Assembly (NCBI GenBank): GCA_964276515.1
Contig: OZ193909.1
Location: forward strand, 13,392,001-13,456,000
Length of the DNA stretch: 64,000 nucleotides
Direction: 5' to 3'
Source of the DNA: Gordius albopunctatus
Lineage: Eukaryota
Both the position numbers and the translations under genes were made by a program. This document shows, piece after piece, positions 36,201-51,200 of the stretch. The notes below the pieces were generated by a model that saw only the letters and a list, made by a program, of their open reading frames with translations, was not told where the DNA came from and did no database searches. Positions within the stretch are counted from its first letter, which is position 1, and every line of letters starts with the position of its first letter.

Positions 36201-39200
36201 GGAAAAATGATAATTTTTTCAAAATTTAAGCCCATAATCTTGATAAATTTTGGATTTAGAGGGGGTGCCCCTCTCTGGCCCCTTGGCTACGTCCATGATC
36301 TATAGTATATTATAGTTACTCCCACCTATTTTTGGGCCTGTCTTATTCCGCAATTGTTAAAAAGGGTGAGGAAAAAAATTTAGTAGTGAAAAAGCTGAAG
36401 AATATAATTATTGTTTAACTGAAGATTTGAAAATTAAACTTTAATCTAACTTGCGTACAATAAATTGTATATTTATTTTATAGTTGGGTTGCGCCAGTGT
36501 TCGGGAAGACAAAGAAGCGTTTGCTCTTGTACCAGTTTCTCCGACAGAAGTTAGAGACCTGGATTTTGCCAATGATGCAAGCCAAACCCTATCCGCACTA
36601 GCTACTAAACTCGGCAATAATACCATATCACAGGCTGAGAAAAGGTGTGATTAATCAACATTATAATTTCATATTTATCTTACATAGAAAAATGTTCAAA
36701 AGTTGCATAAATACTTTATGCGCGGCCTATCCTTTCACTCCCAAGCTAAACACCTCAATTATTAAAATATTATCAACAAAATTATGATTACACATATGCT
36801 TTTATTCTTTAAATTTTGCATGAATTGTACGTTTTTAACTTTGAAAATTTAGACAAGCACTCACTTTGCTAGCTGACATCATCAATTTTATAGCCGATCA
36901 AGATAATCATGGGAAAGATCCTTTGGAAGTTACGATAACGGATCCTAATAGGGAACGACAAAAATTGATCCGCGAGCAAGACGTCTTAAAAGAAGTAATT
37001 TCAAAACACTTGTGGGTTTTATAAAGTTGTGCCGATAATGACCATCCCAACCATTTTTGGCTTACTAATCCATTGTAAATTTTAATTGTTTTAGTAAAAT
37101 TATATTTTAAGGATTTTGTATAAAAAAATATTTTTAAATTTTAAATATACGAGTACGCCCGATTGACGTTGCAAAATTATGAATGTGTTCCAAATTTAAT
37201 TTAACTGAAGAACAATTTTACATTCTAATCTTATAAGATGACACTATTGCTTGATAAACTGCTTTAAAATTATTATTTATTATTTAAAGTTATAATTTTA
37301 AGGGATTATATGCACTTAAATACTAATTCATACGCTAGTAAACAAAACTTTCCAAATTGTGCTTTTTTGATTTTTACAATATTGATTTGATTGAATCTCA
37401 CATCGTTTAGATATTTCACATGCTTCAAGCGCCCTTTCTTAGTCAAGATTCCAAAGATCCCGTCATGTCTTTAGAAAGTTTAACCGACCCTAAGCAAACC
37501 ACGCTCAGGCAAATTTATCGATTGTGTTATCGCAGCATCAAACTGGCATGCCACACATACCGCAAAAATCAGGTAAGATATTATTACCAAATGACGGAAG
37601 AATCATCTGAGAAGAAGCAAAATGATCGTTATTAGAAAATTAAATCATGTTTTTTTTTCACAAAAAAAATTTGGGTTGGGAGGAGAAACTGCACCTTTTC
37701 CTCATCTTTGTCGCCCTAGATTAAAATATTTTATTAGTTTGTGATAGAAAATTTCGATTTTCAAATATAATATTTTCAAATGAATAAATAGCTCTTGTAA
37801 GACGACCACATATAATATTTGAATCAATAATGTATCAATCAATAAATCAACATGCAGTTAAGATAAGACATTAACATTTGGTACAGGTTTTAACTTATAT
37901 GAAGCTTAAAAATTGAAGAAACCAAACCCTCTGCACTTATTTTGTTCTCAAAAATAAATTTAAACTTGTAAATTTTGGAATAATTATATTATTAAATCAT
38001 GTTTAATTCTCTAACGAAGGAATACGTTGCCAAGCAATTTTCCTTCATGCAAAAGCAAATAGGCTACGATATTTTGGCCGAAGAAACAATCACCGCGCTC
38101 TTGCACAATAACAGGAAGCTGTTAGAGAAACATATAAAGCTCAAAGAAGTCGATACTTTCATCAATCTACTCAGGCTCAAAAAGGAATGTCGGTATGCTA
38201 AATTTTCCTAAGAATAATATATAAACTTTCAATTTTGATAAGTATAAAATTCCTTATATAAATTGGATACTATCTTTAACATTATAATTTCTACTTTTAG
38301 AAATATAGATTTTTTTCTAAGTCGATATTAGATTAAATCTCTCTCCCACACCCCTCTAATATTTAGTCATAATCAGAATCCACTTTTATAAGTTAATGGC
38401 ATATCTTTTCCTTTAGCATCCACCAAATTTAAATTCCAAAAAATTAATTTTTTCCTTTAAAACCTTAAACCCATGAAAATTTAAATAAGATATTATAGGT
38501 TTTAATTATCGTCCAATGGTTTATCGCTCAATAATTATGCGTAGTATCTAAAAATATTATGCGACTTATTAGATTTTTGGAGTACCTGGCAGACTTGTGC
38601 GTTTCGAATCAAACGGCAATACCCATCACCCAAGAGTTAATATGCAAGTGCATATTAGATCCATCTAAATCGGATATTTTAATAGAAACGGCTTTAGTCA
38701 ATAGGTATTCCCCTTCTAGGGAAATTAATAAAGATGACATGGAAACACCCAACGGCACCGCACCAAAAGATTTGCCCTCAAACTCTATCACGGGAGAAAA
38801 AGAAGAAGTAAAGAATGTTCCTTTGAGCAATATTAAAATATTCCTTTAATGACAAATTTGAAGAAAATATAAATTTGGCGAATTTGGGACTAGTTACTTG
38901 TTAATTAAGAAAAGCGGGGTTATTTAATTTTATCTCTCGAATAACTTCACATCAATTTCTAGTCGTGTACACAAGTGGTAAGGAATGGTTTAAAAAACTA
39001 CTGAGCAAAGTTATTAACAAATATCTGTTTAAATATTATATAACAAAGTCAAATCTTTATGAACAAATAAAAAAATTTATTAATAGGTGATATTGTTCTG
39101 GGACAACCGTCAAAACATGAAAAGCCTGAATGACTTAGCTCGGGGTGCCAGATCTAATAAAGAAGATGCCAAAATTCTCAAATATTATAGGTTATTTCTT

Positions 39201-42200
39201 TTCTGGCTTTTTCAATAAATAATTTCACCTTTGAAGCATAGATTGAGAATTTAGATGAGGTTTTTAGTGATACCCCTTCGGCTTCGAGAGGAGCCATGGG
39301 AATTAGAGGTCTGCATGGGCCGAAATTTCAGGGTCAGGCCCGGCCCATACCCGCACAAATATATTTTTTTTACCCATACCCGCCCCGCAAAAAAACAACA
39401 AAAAATGCGCCGCATCAGGCCCGCACGAGAAAAAAGCTTCAGTATTTTAAAAAAAATTTATTTGTATAGAAACAATTTTGCATGTATGAAAAAAATTGTT
39501 ATAGCATATAAAAACGATATTAATAAAAAAAATTATAATTCAATATTGTGATTTAAAAATAATAAACTGTCTATTCTATCAGGTAGTAGTCTTGTTCTTC
39601 TTTGTTCTATCAGGCGACTTGCCTTACTAAACGTGCGTTCACTTGTAGCGCTTGTGGTTGGAATTGCCAAAAACTGTACTGCTAACTTTGTCAAATTAGG
39701 TAGGATAAGTTCGTGTTCTTTCCACCATGAAATAACATCAAGCTCATCATCTTCCGGTTTAAGATTTAATTTAACATAAGTATCAACTTCATTGCTCTCC
39801 TCAATCTGCTCTCTTTCATCGTCCCCCCAAACGGAAATATCCATATCGACTTCACCAATAGCTAATTGCCTACATACCTGAGCTGAATTGCTCATAGATA
39901 GACAACTCATTAATTTATTTAAAGTTTGTGTTACCATGGTTTAAACAAGAATTCTTTCATCCTCAGGTAACATTTTGAAGGTGCGGAATTTTGAAGCTAG
40001 AAATGTTGATATCTTATGATATACATACATCAATTTCGAACTTTGAAGTCAGCATAGTTTTAGCCCTGGTTTTTAATTTATAAATTTATAATTCAACAGG
40101 ATCACTATTAGTAGGAGATGGAGGCGTATTTGGTATGGCTTTTAAGGATGTATAATAGGGTAAAACTTTATACAATGTTGGCTTCAATGAAGAACAAATT
40201 TTAAGCAATCTAAGAATTTAAAAAGCGAGGGAAATTTTAAATAAGATTTTTTTAAACTTTTTAAAAAATAAAAAATTTTTTTTAGTAATTACCTTTTCTA
40301 TGTCATTGGAATTATTTACTTTTGGAGATTTCATTTAATCAAATATATTCAAAGCTAGAGCTAAGTAATTGTTATATAATATGTAATAATAATTTACTTT
40401 ATTAAAACTATTGCAAGCTAATTAGCAATGCTGATATTATAAGTTTGTAATAAGTAGGAGAAGTGTAGCTAAAACTAATTAATTATAAAATAAAATTTTT
40501 TAATGAATTACCTTAAAGCTTAAAACAACTTCAATGAGATCTTGGAACAAATATTAAGCAATCTAAGAATTTGAAAAGCGAGGGAAATAATAAACAATGA
40601 ATTTAAAAACAAACACTACCTTCTATCCATTCAATTAATTTACTTAATTAGCGAAAAATATAATATTAAATTTTCTCTCAAAATAATACTGTTTAAATAG
40701 CAAATTTTTGTTAGAAAAAATAAATTTTTTATCATCAAGATAATAAATGCATTTTTTTGTGTCAATACTATAATGATAGTATAGGGTTTAATATATTTAC
40801 ATTTTTTCACTTATCAAAGCCCAAGCCCGACCCGCACTTTTTTTAGTGCTCATTTTCAGGTCCGGCCCAGCCCGCGGGCCGGCCCGGCCCCTGCAGACCT
40901 CTAATGGGAATAGACAATTTTGAATAACCTCATTTGTTTGTTTAGTTAATTGCATTCTTTAATAAATTTGTAACTAATTTATAATGTCAGCAAATTTGAG
41001 TAGTTATCAAGTTTCTTCTGCCACCTATATCTAATTTTTATTGCAATTAAATTAAAAATTGTTTCTATATACTTGGCAAAAACTATTTTTATTCAATAGA
41101 GTCTCTTTTGAGGAAAGGCCATGCAAGTTCTTTTTTGTTGTGTGAAATGATAAAGTCTCAAGTTAAACCGTTTCTGAAAGATTTATAGATTTTCTTTTAT
41201 TAAAATCTGCTCTAATTTAATATCTTTTTATCTTTAAAATATTTTGCATAACATACATTCTAGGTATCAACTAGATTTGTTTTCCAATCTTTGCCTCGAT
41301 CGTCAATATTTGGCCATCGAATATCTCTCCGACCAACTCACCATAGAACTCATTTTGCGGTAAGCTCCCAAATAAAATCGCAGTTTATCATATAACCACA
41401 TTATGTTTTCCCAAATTTAAAATTAATTATATGGCTCGTGGGTGTAGCTATGATTTCAATTAAAGAGTGACAAGGTTTTTCATGATAGGCATATATATTA
41501 TTAATATATTTTTCCATACTTGTGAAAAAATTTAAGAGACTTTAGCTGCATGTCCTATCTTGTTTCTTACTAACTCCCCCTTGATAAGGAATCAGAAAAT
41601 TTTTAAATGAAAATTAAGTGAAAACTTGCACTTCAAGATTTTGGAGAAATGAACCAAATATATTTGAAAAATAAAATTAGCTTCCTCCTTAAGCTTTAAA
41701 TTTATTGTTTTGTTTTTTTAAGTTGTATGCGGGATGAAAAACTATCGTACAGCCTTAGAGCTTCGTTTTGCAGGTTGTTATTGCATATGCACGTTGACAG
41801 AGATCCGCAAGAAATTGTGACACCCATTAAATATGCTCGCCTGTGGTCCAACATGGATAAAATTACGGATAAACTGGAAGAGTATTGCATTGATCATTAT
41901 ATTTGATGTTCGATTATAACCCAACAAATTTCTATTAATAAAACCAGATTTTATTAAATTTTGGTATATGTATGGTTTAAATATTTGACAAATCGATTAA
42001 ATTGCATATATAATTATATTTTTATATCACTTATAGCCAATTGCGAATATATTTCTAAATTAAAATAGTTGTATAAAGCATTTAGCGTTTTATTGGATGC
42101 ATTGAAAGTTTATGGTTTTATTTCAAACTTATTATAGCTACGATGAAATAATGCTAGCCGATTACGGTCAAAACACTCAAGTTCAGCTAAAATTTATACC

Positions 42201-45200
42201 AACTATTTCGTTTGTGGAAAAATATTTGATGGAAGTATTTTCGCAGTCAGCCCCATTCGCCGATAAAGAAAAAAATAAGATGACCTATGAGGTTAGGATG
42301 TTTTATATGTTTAAAATTAATGACATTAAACTTTGGTGAGATAATGGTATTTTTATTAATTATTGACAGGTAGTTAAGTTGGCTAAAAATCTAATTTATT
42401 TCGGGTTTTACAATTTCTCCAAACTCTTACAACTCACGCGAACATTACTCTGCCTATTGGACTGCAATGAAGACCACGCTGCTATTTCACCATCTTCTTA
42501 TAACCGAAAACGTATGTTATATTTTGCATCTTTAAACATTGCTATATATACTTGTTTAATACTGCGTAATATAAAGCTGTGATTTTAAATCTGGCTCAAA
42601 GGACTCTTCAATATAATAAAATAGAAGAGTTATAGGGCCTTTAAAAATACATCTTGTAAATATGACGAATTCTATCCTTTCAGTTACCAACAAAATATTA
42701 CAAATTTAACGGTTGTATATAAAAAAACAGGGAGTTAAAAAACGTTTAAAAAGTCTGTGAGCATCTCAGGCAAAATAACAGATAAATAGACCCATTTAAG
42801 GTAAAAAAGTTGCGCTTCAATAAATATGTTATTATAATTTTTTAATATAATAACTATTGCTTTTCAACTTTGTTATCCCCCTACACTTTTAAGTTTATCG
42901 TTGTTCAAAGGAGATTTTGCACATTATAAACTTATTTTTTATCGCTTATGTTTACGGGACTCAGCCATTTTTCATAACAAATTAGATGAACCCGGCAAAC
43001 GTTGTTTTGCCATTTACCCGGGTGTATTAAATTATGTTGGAATTTTAGGGCATACATGATGATAAAGCGGTTATTGAAGTAAAAATAAAGTTTGATAATT
43101 TTCAAACAAATAGTTAAAGAGGGTCCAAGGCGCAGGCCCACCCAAGAGATAAAACCTGGCCCCATGCCCCACCCCAAGGGAAAAATCTTTGGCCCCCTGG
43201 CCCTTCAAGCAATTTTTTATATTTTTTTGTAATTAACAAACAATTTCATAATTATTTGTTTCTGAATAAAACTTTTAATTCTGAACTTAATAATGTCCGA
43301 ATAACTGAGATATATCAACATTTATTGGCACTTTGTTAATTGTATTTTCTAGTTTGTTAAACCCAAATAATTTTGACAGTATACTGTAACATTTTTATTA
43401 TACTTTTAAATATCTAATGCGAGAAAACTTCAGTCTTGTATGTAGGACGTCATTATTGTATATGCTGCTATAAATTAAACTGGCCGGGAAATGTGCGATA
43501 TTTTTAAAACGAAAAGGTATTTTAGGAATCTGAAAAAGCTATTTTACCCATGACATCCCTGGGCATCTACGGCTAAATTTTCGCGCGAATTGGGCCGGTA
43601 GTTTTAGAATTAAGCTATTTTTTAAAACTAAAAGGCCCATATTTTTAAAACTAAAAGGAATTTTAGGATTCTGAAAAAGCTATTTTACCCCTGGCCGCCC
43701 TGGGCATCTACGGTTAAATTTTCGCGCGAATCGGGCCGGTAGTTTCAGAATTTAGCTCTTACATACATACACACATACATAGACTTTACTTTATATATAT
43801 AGATTATAAAGATTATGTGTTCAAAAATTTTCCTCATATATTAATTGGCGATATATTTGAATTAATAAAGTGGCATACGTATTCAGCAATTTTTGAGTCA
43901 TAAAAATAAACACAACATGACATTTCATGGGGTTTTGTGCAAGCACTGATTTATACATTAAAACTAATTTACGCAGCGATATTAAACCATTTACGGGATA
44001 TTTTAACATCAAGCTTTGGTTTTTTGCCTTTTAGTTTTAATAACGTGAGCCCTAGAGATCACGTTGTGAACAATATTATTACAGGACTAGCTTGTACATA
44101 AGAATTATTTTGAATGAGTGGGTGGAAGATGGGTTTTAAAATTTTATGTTTGTTAGGTTGTAAATCTCAAAAACACAAATTACACTATTCTGTTTGACTA
44201 AGCCATTCCTATCTCTGACCCCTCTTCTAGATTACAAGTAAACTGCAGACATAATAAAAGACAATAGATATTTGGAATCGCCATTTTATAAATAAACATT
44301 GAGTTAAGAAAAAATATAAGCCCTTTGGCTATAATATTTATTGTCCACATAAGTCCACAGCCATTAAAAATCCTTATAAGTTTACACGGCAATTATGCAA
44401 AAATTAGAAGTTGGACACTCACTAACTCACGACATGACAACGAAAAACGAGCCCATAGATTGCATAGCAATCAATAAGGCTTATTTATAATTAATAGCCT
44501 AAAAATAGTGTTAATTTAAAATAAGATCTTAAATTTTACATCTTAATATCTAAGCTATGTATTTTAACTAAATCTTCTTACAAAATTATCAATAATTAAA
44601 TCGAATACTTTTAAAGCTTGTATAGGCTTTTAAATTTTTGAGATCAAAATAATTGAATTTTTTATTATTACTCATTGTCATTAGGAATAAAAATTGAAAT
44701 TGTTTTATGCCAATATTGATATGAGATTGAATCTTATATTATGCCAAAATGCATTATAATAGCAAGGGCCAGCCAAATTTTGCTATCTCTGGGAGGTATG
44801 GGTCAAGCCATGTCTAATATAGTTCTCCGATGTGCTAATAATTCTGACTCTCGTACCAGCAATAACTCACCCAGAAACTCATTGCTCGCTTCTTCAACAT
44901 CAGTGCTAACCTATAAAATTAACGAGGACAACGATACATTAACTATGGATACTAAGCTTTTCATAGTGGAAATATTTCAAGTATTAAAAATTTAACTCTG
45001 CTCTATTTGAATTAAATTAATATTTTTTTGCTATTAAACTACTATACTGTTGTTTTACCCTAAATCCCAAAATGAGGTTTTTATGTTTAGCCAATAAGGG
45101 TTGTTGTCGCTTAGAGATTTTGTGCTTAATCTTTTGTTTTTTTCTTTTATGATGAACCATAAGTTTGCTTGCCTATTACATAATTTATTTAATAGTTTTT

Positions 45201-48200
45201 GCTAGATGTTAGATTGGATTATCGAATATCATGTTTGCTTTCAAAGTTCAAAAAAGAAATTATTCCAAACCGACTTCAATATGCCTTGCATAATAATACA
45301 GACGATTTGTTAATGATGACTAAAGGCATTGAAGGTATATCCAAACTATTACGATAAATTTTTATTATGCCTCTTTATTTGCTCCATCAAGTAATGTTAA
45401 CAATTCAAATATCATTTAGATTTAAACAAAATGAAAGGATTTGCGGAACAAATTTTTAACGAAAAGTAAAATTGTTAATATTTTATTTTTTAATTTTGAT
45501 AAAGTCTTTCGTGTATCGATATCGATGGACAAAAGTGTTGTGCCTTTCTCAGGGTTATCCTTTATCTTATTATGCACGATTATCCTCCTCTCGTATCCCA
45601 AGCATTACAGCTCTTATTCCGACACTTTAGCCAGCGGCAAGAATTTGTTAGCTCTTTCAAGCAGGTAATATTTTAATTTTTTTATCATGTCATATATGAA
45701 TATTTTAAATAAGAAAAAGAAGTTTGAAGAAATCCTATAGGAAGACTTCAATAGATTACATTCTTATTGTCACACTTGAGTTAATAAGTTGTCACATAAG
45801 ATTTAAAGTTTGCGTTATCCATAAAACATGAATACATAGTTTATTTTTCTTAACTAATGTAAACTTGTTTTAGATTTGTGTTTTGTTTAGCCATCTGGTT
45901 CCATTCGCTAGTAACGAGTCATGCTATTAATTGTGTTAGTTACTATAAAGCCATTTGCAAACAAATTATTGACTTTGCCTTGACTCATAATACACTGCTT
46001 TTAATAAATTTATATCAAATCGTATCTTGACATTTTGTTAACTTGGAGAATCAATAACACAGTCTCCGCCCTAGCAAATATCATGCGTCATTATAGGCAC
46101 ATAAATTTATTCTTTCTTTTGACCTAAAATCTCATATGGCTTATTAACATTTTGATTTTTAAATTTATTGAGGTTATACGTATTAAATTTTTTTTGCATT
46201 ATTATTAATGATAAGGTGTTTTTTAAAAAAACGTTTCTTACTTTTGAATTCTGCTATTTTGAAATTGACTTAACTCTTGACGTTCATTTTTTAAGGGCAA
46301 TAAAAATGCTGAAGTCTCTTTATATTTTAGGTGCAATTGCTGGTGTCGCCGGGCGAAATTGAGAGTTACAAACGCCTTAAACGTGACTTGGATGAGTTGA
46401 GGTTATTGGTAGAAAAATCCGAGCTTTGGGTCCAATCTAAACCTCATCAGAGCAATGGAACAAGTCAACAGGATCCAGCTGATACGACGCAAGGCTACGG
46501 CACATTGAAAAAGGAAAACCACTTATATACGATTTATTATTCGCCTCGGGTAGGTGGTAAAGTAACACCAGCCGTGTTCCTTCACAAGGCAAAGTCCCCT
46601 CCTCCTAACATACCCCAAACTCCTAGAGGGTCGATCTTAAGTTTAACGGCTGTCAACCATATTCCACCTCACCTCTCCAGTATTTCCGAAGGGTCCAAGA
46701 TTGACGGGTCGGTACTTTCGAAAGCGTTTTCGGGATCTTATAGAAAATTATCCATAGCACAAGACCCTGCCGTAGAATTGACTGAAGACCCTTTGAGAGT
46801 TAAAAATTTTAAATATTGTTTAATAGACATCCATCCTATATAAAGTTATCCAGTATGACGAAAATGAACATCATTTTTAATATTAGGCTATGCCACATGC
46901 CACGCGCGTAAATATAATAACGAAATTCATAGAGTTACACAAAGAAAATATATATCATATAGGTTGTGTTATCTTTGTATAATTTATTATATTGTTTTTA
47001 TGTATAAAAATAATATTTTGTTGTAAATGGTATTTAGGCCACATAATAAATAGAGATATATTAACTATTCACTACAAATAAGTAAAATGTGGAATTCAAT
47101 TTGAAATATTTAGCAAAGACGCATCTCGATGATAGCGGAAAAACCGAACATGTACAAACAATATTCGACAGACGAGAATTATGATATTATAAGAGAAATT
47201 TTAATTCGTTTTGCTACGTTTTGTGTTAAAGCCACGCCAAACGGTAGTATAGCGCTCAAGCCTGAACAAAGACTCCTCCGGAATTTGGGTGTTCATACTG
47301 TTGTCTTGGATCTTTTAAAAATTCCCTATGATAAAGTATTAAAATGAATCAAAACAAAATTAAATTTTATATCATGTAATTAAATATTACTATATTAATT
47401 ACATTTAAAACCTCTTCATCCCATTTGTTATATCAATGAAAAAATCGGTTTTTTGCTGTTAGAAAAATGATCATCGAATGGGTGAAGTTATTAAAGAAGC
47501 CCATAGATGCTTGCAAAACTTTTGTTTGACCAATAAAACGAACCAGGCCTTGTTGCACAGCCACGTGGATCTGTTTTTGGGATCTGGGGTATAATGGAGT
47601 TTAAATTTCATTTTTATGGTCATCTAAAATATATGTTAAGTTAACGGCTTTTTATGTAAAACTTTTCGGTGTATAAACCCTTCTTACAAAAGATTGTAAA
47701 AATAAGCTTGTTTTAGGCTTCTTTTAAGCTTTAAATCAATCATGGGAAAGAACGTCAAGATGCCTAGAAGCACGAAATTTTGATATTAAATTAAACGTCA
47801 TTTATAAGAAATTTGTATAAATTTTAAAATTTATTACTTAAATCGTCAGATTTTAGAAGCCCAAACTATGCGGAGCATTTTTAAGGATAACTCAGCGTTG
47901 TGTAATGATGTATCGGAGGGGCTAATACAACATTTTATACATTGCATTCAAACGCAAGGCAGAAACCCTGATTACCTCAAGTTTTTGGAGTGCATCGTCA
48001 AAGCCGAGGGACAATACATTAGAAAGTGTCAAGATATGGTTACCACTGAAGTGCTACAAATAATGACTACACACATTAATTTACACGCCTATTTTATAAT
48101 GATGTTTATTATATAAAAATTTATTATTTATTCTGCCACCTAAAGCTTTTTCTAAATGGCAAGGCTATATGGTTGGTATTATGAACATTATGGGCGTAGC

Positions 48201-51200
48201 CAACATTGGAATTAGGGGAGGGGGGAATAATGATTTAGGGGGGGGGGATGATAATCTTTTTGAATTTTAATAAAATTAAAAGAATATTTGGATTTATAGA
48301 GGGCAGCCGCCCCTCCTCCCTCGGCTGCGCCCATGATGAACATATTCAAAACATATAAACTTTATTATTATAGTTAGTCTTGCAAATAAAAAGTAAGGAA
48401 ATAAAAAATGCACCCTAATATGTGATAACATGTTTAATTTACAAACTCTATAGCTGGATAGTGTGGGCGATGAGGTATTGGTCTTTTACAATGACGAAAA
48501 AGCATTTAATGCACTGGTCTCTCTCATGAAAGACTTTTCTAGGGAACATTGCAACTCTTCTAACGCATCTAGCCCTTCCGCGCAAAGAAAGCGTAGACCA
48601 TACTCGAAATCCATATCTACTACATCTAGCCGTAGCAGCCTCGGTGTGGGCACCATTACTGTACCAAAAATTTTCCGTGAGGAGTCTTGTGATTCCACCA
48701 AGCACAGCTTCGAATTGGCTGATGATCAGCTGATTGTTGACTTTGCGCCACTTTATTATCACGTCACGTTAGTACATTTGTTGGCCTTGTGTACCGAAGG
48801 CAAAAACGCATTTACCGAAATTAAATGTCATTCTTTACTACCGCTCGATAACATCATCAAAGTTGTCCTGCATCCCGATTGCATTATTGAGGTGCGTTTG
48901 TTGTTCACAAAATTCGTTGGTTTGTTTCTTCTTGCCATTCTTATACCCTCTAAAATTGATAGTGATTTGGCATCTAGTTAGATGTTAGAAATCATATAAA
49001 TCTGACCCACCCCCATAACCTCCATCGTAATTGGCTTTTGAATCTTAAGTTATGGCATAGGTCATTTCTAGATCTATTTTAATAAATGGGTTATATTTTT
49101 TAGATTTTTCAATCTGAATTAATTAAACCGATTTGACTGAGCAATTTATCAATGTTAGATTATTCCTATTTTTAAATTCTGTAAATGTTTAATTTAATTT
49201 TGTTTGAAAATATTTGGTTGCATAAATATGTCAGGTCAAAGATGCCTATATAAACTTCCTGAACCAGTGCTACATAGATACAGAAATCGAAATGAAGGAA
49301 ATATACACGAGTAATCATATATGGGTTTTGTTCGAAAACTTTCTCCAAGATATCAGAAAAGTAAACCAGCCGCATATAAATTGTATTTAAATGCTAAGTG
49401 AAAGCCCTATTTATATAAATTATGCCGAAGTAGCCCACTGTTAATACTTCTAATTCTGAAGATTTGTGGTTTGATGAAATTCTCTAAATCCGAAAATAAT
49501 TTATTACAGATATTACAGTCATATAGCGGCATTTTAGTAATATGTGTTAGTGGCCAAAATGGTCCTTTGACTTGCACTTGACTTTAATATCAATAAAAAT
49601 ATTTTATATTGTAATATATAAAAACTATAAATTCTGCAAAATGACAACGTTAATTTATATTTATAAATAATACTTCACTATTTAACGGTCGCATATATGT
49701 TTTTAATCTTCCTTTGAAGTTTATATATAATTTGTAAATAATAGATTTAATCCTTAAATACTATATAGAGAGGTTGGAATATTGCGAATATAACAAAAAA
49801 TTGTTTATTACAGATCGGGGTAGAACAAGAAAGTGAACATTTTTTGCCAAATCATGAATCTCAAGAAATCTTGCTTAAAAATTACGTGTGCATTACCATG
49901 ATGAATGCCATAACATCCTTTTTTATGTCACCTTTTTCTGACCAAAGTACAACAGTTAAAGTAAGCTTTATGTGCTTTACTATACTTTTAACATAACATG
50001 CATTTCTTATCACAATTTAAACAACTAGTTCATGGGCGTAGGCAGGGGGGAGAGGCCGCTCCCCCCTAAATGAGAATTTTTCTTTTTTTTAATGTAAATT
50101 TTTGTAAAAATTGGAAAAAATTAGTGTTTCGCACCCCCCTAATTGAAATTAAGTTGTATGTTGAAAATCTTATTTCACGACCTTTTGACGCAAATTTAAA
50201 TTATATAATAATTAAATATTGAGATTAGTAGTTGCGTTTGTGTTAGTTCCTTCATAGATTCATTCAAGTTCGTAACTATCATCTGATATTTTAGATTTCT
50301 CATGGATTTATGTCTCTAAGGGCTAAATTATGGGTTGCACAGAATATTATCATAGATAATTTATTAATCCATAAAACAAGTTGGATATTAATAGGCACAT
50401 TATCTACAAATGGCGACATTCATCAAATTTTTTTATACCGTATAAATGGTTTCGCAAAACTCGACTCTTAAGCTCCTTGTACATGGATGGTGTCGTAATT
50501 TTGTATTTACAATATTAATATATAAAATTTTATTATAAACAAATTTATAATCTAATAAACATCGTTTACATATCCTTTGTACACTGTTGATTAATAATGA
50601 GTTTTTATGTGGGTTGAGGCCAAATAATAGCAAAATATTTTAGTTACTAACGTTAAATACCAAAAAAAGGTCTTGGCGACCTTTTTTTTGCTCTCACTTA
50701 TTCTCGGCGATTTTTTTTGCTCGCTCCCCCCTAATCCGAAAGCTGGCTACGCCCATGAACTAGTTCGTTCTTATTTGTAACTGTTAATTTATAAGCTTTT
50801 AACAGTTTTTATTACTGGCTTGGCTAAAGCTTGTGTGAGTGGTGTTGTTGTTTGTTAATAATGCATGGGTTTTTTAAAAATATATTTCTTTCAATTTAAT
50901 CTTTCTATTTAAATTGCATGCGTATTTTGCTCGTTGGCATACGTGTTTAGAATCAATTAGATGCATGCCTGAGTTACGAAAAATTGCGTTTGCAAAGATC
51001 TAAGTCTCAAGTAAGCCTTGTACCACAACAAACTAAAGCAGCAAATTTGTCTGAGGATGGCATGTTTTACACCAGCAACGGAAATTTTAAAACTAATTTT
51101 TACAATCAGGTCTTCGCATCGCCCGCTACACTTGGGATTGATCATTTTTCGCATGACCTCGAATATAGTGTATAATTATTTAATTTTTTTAAGCTTTAAA

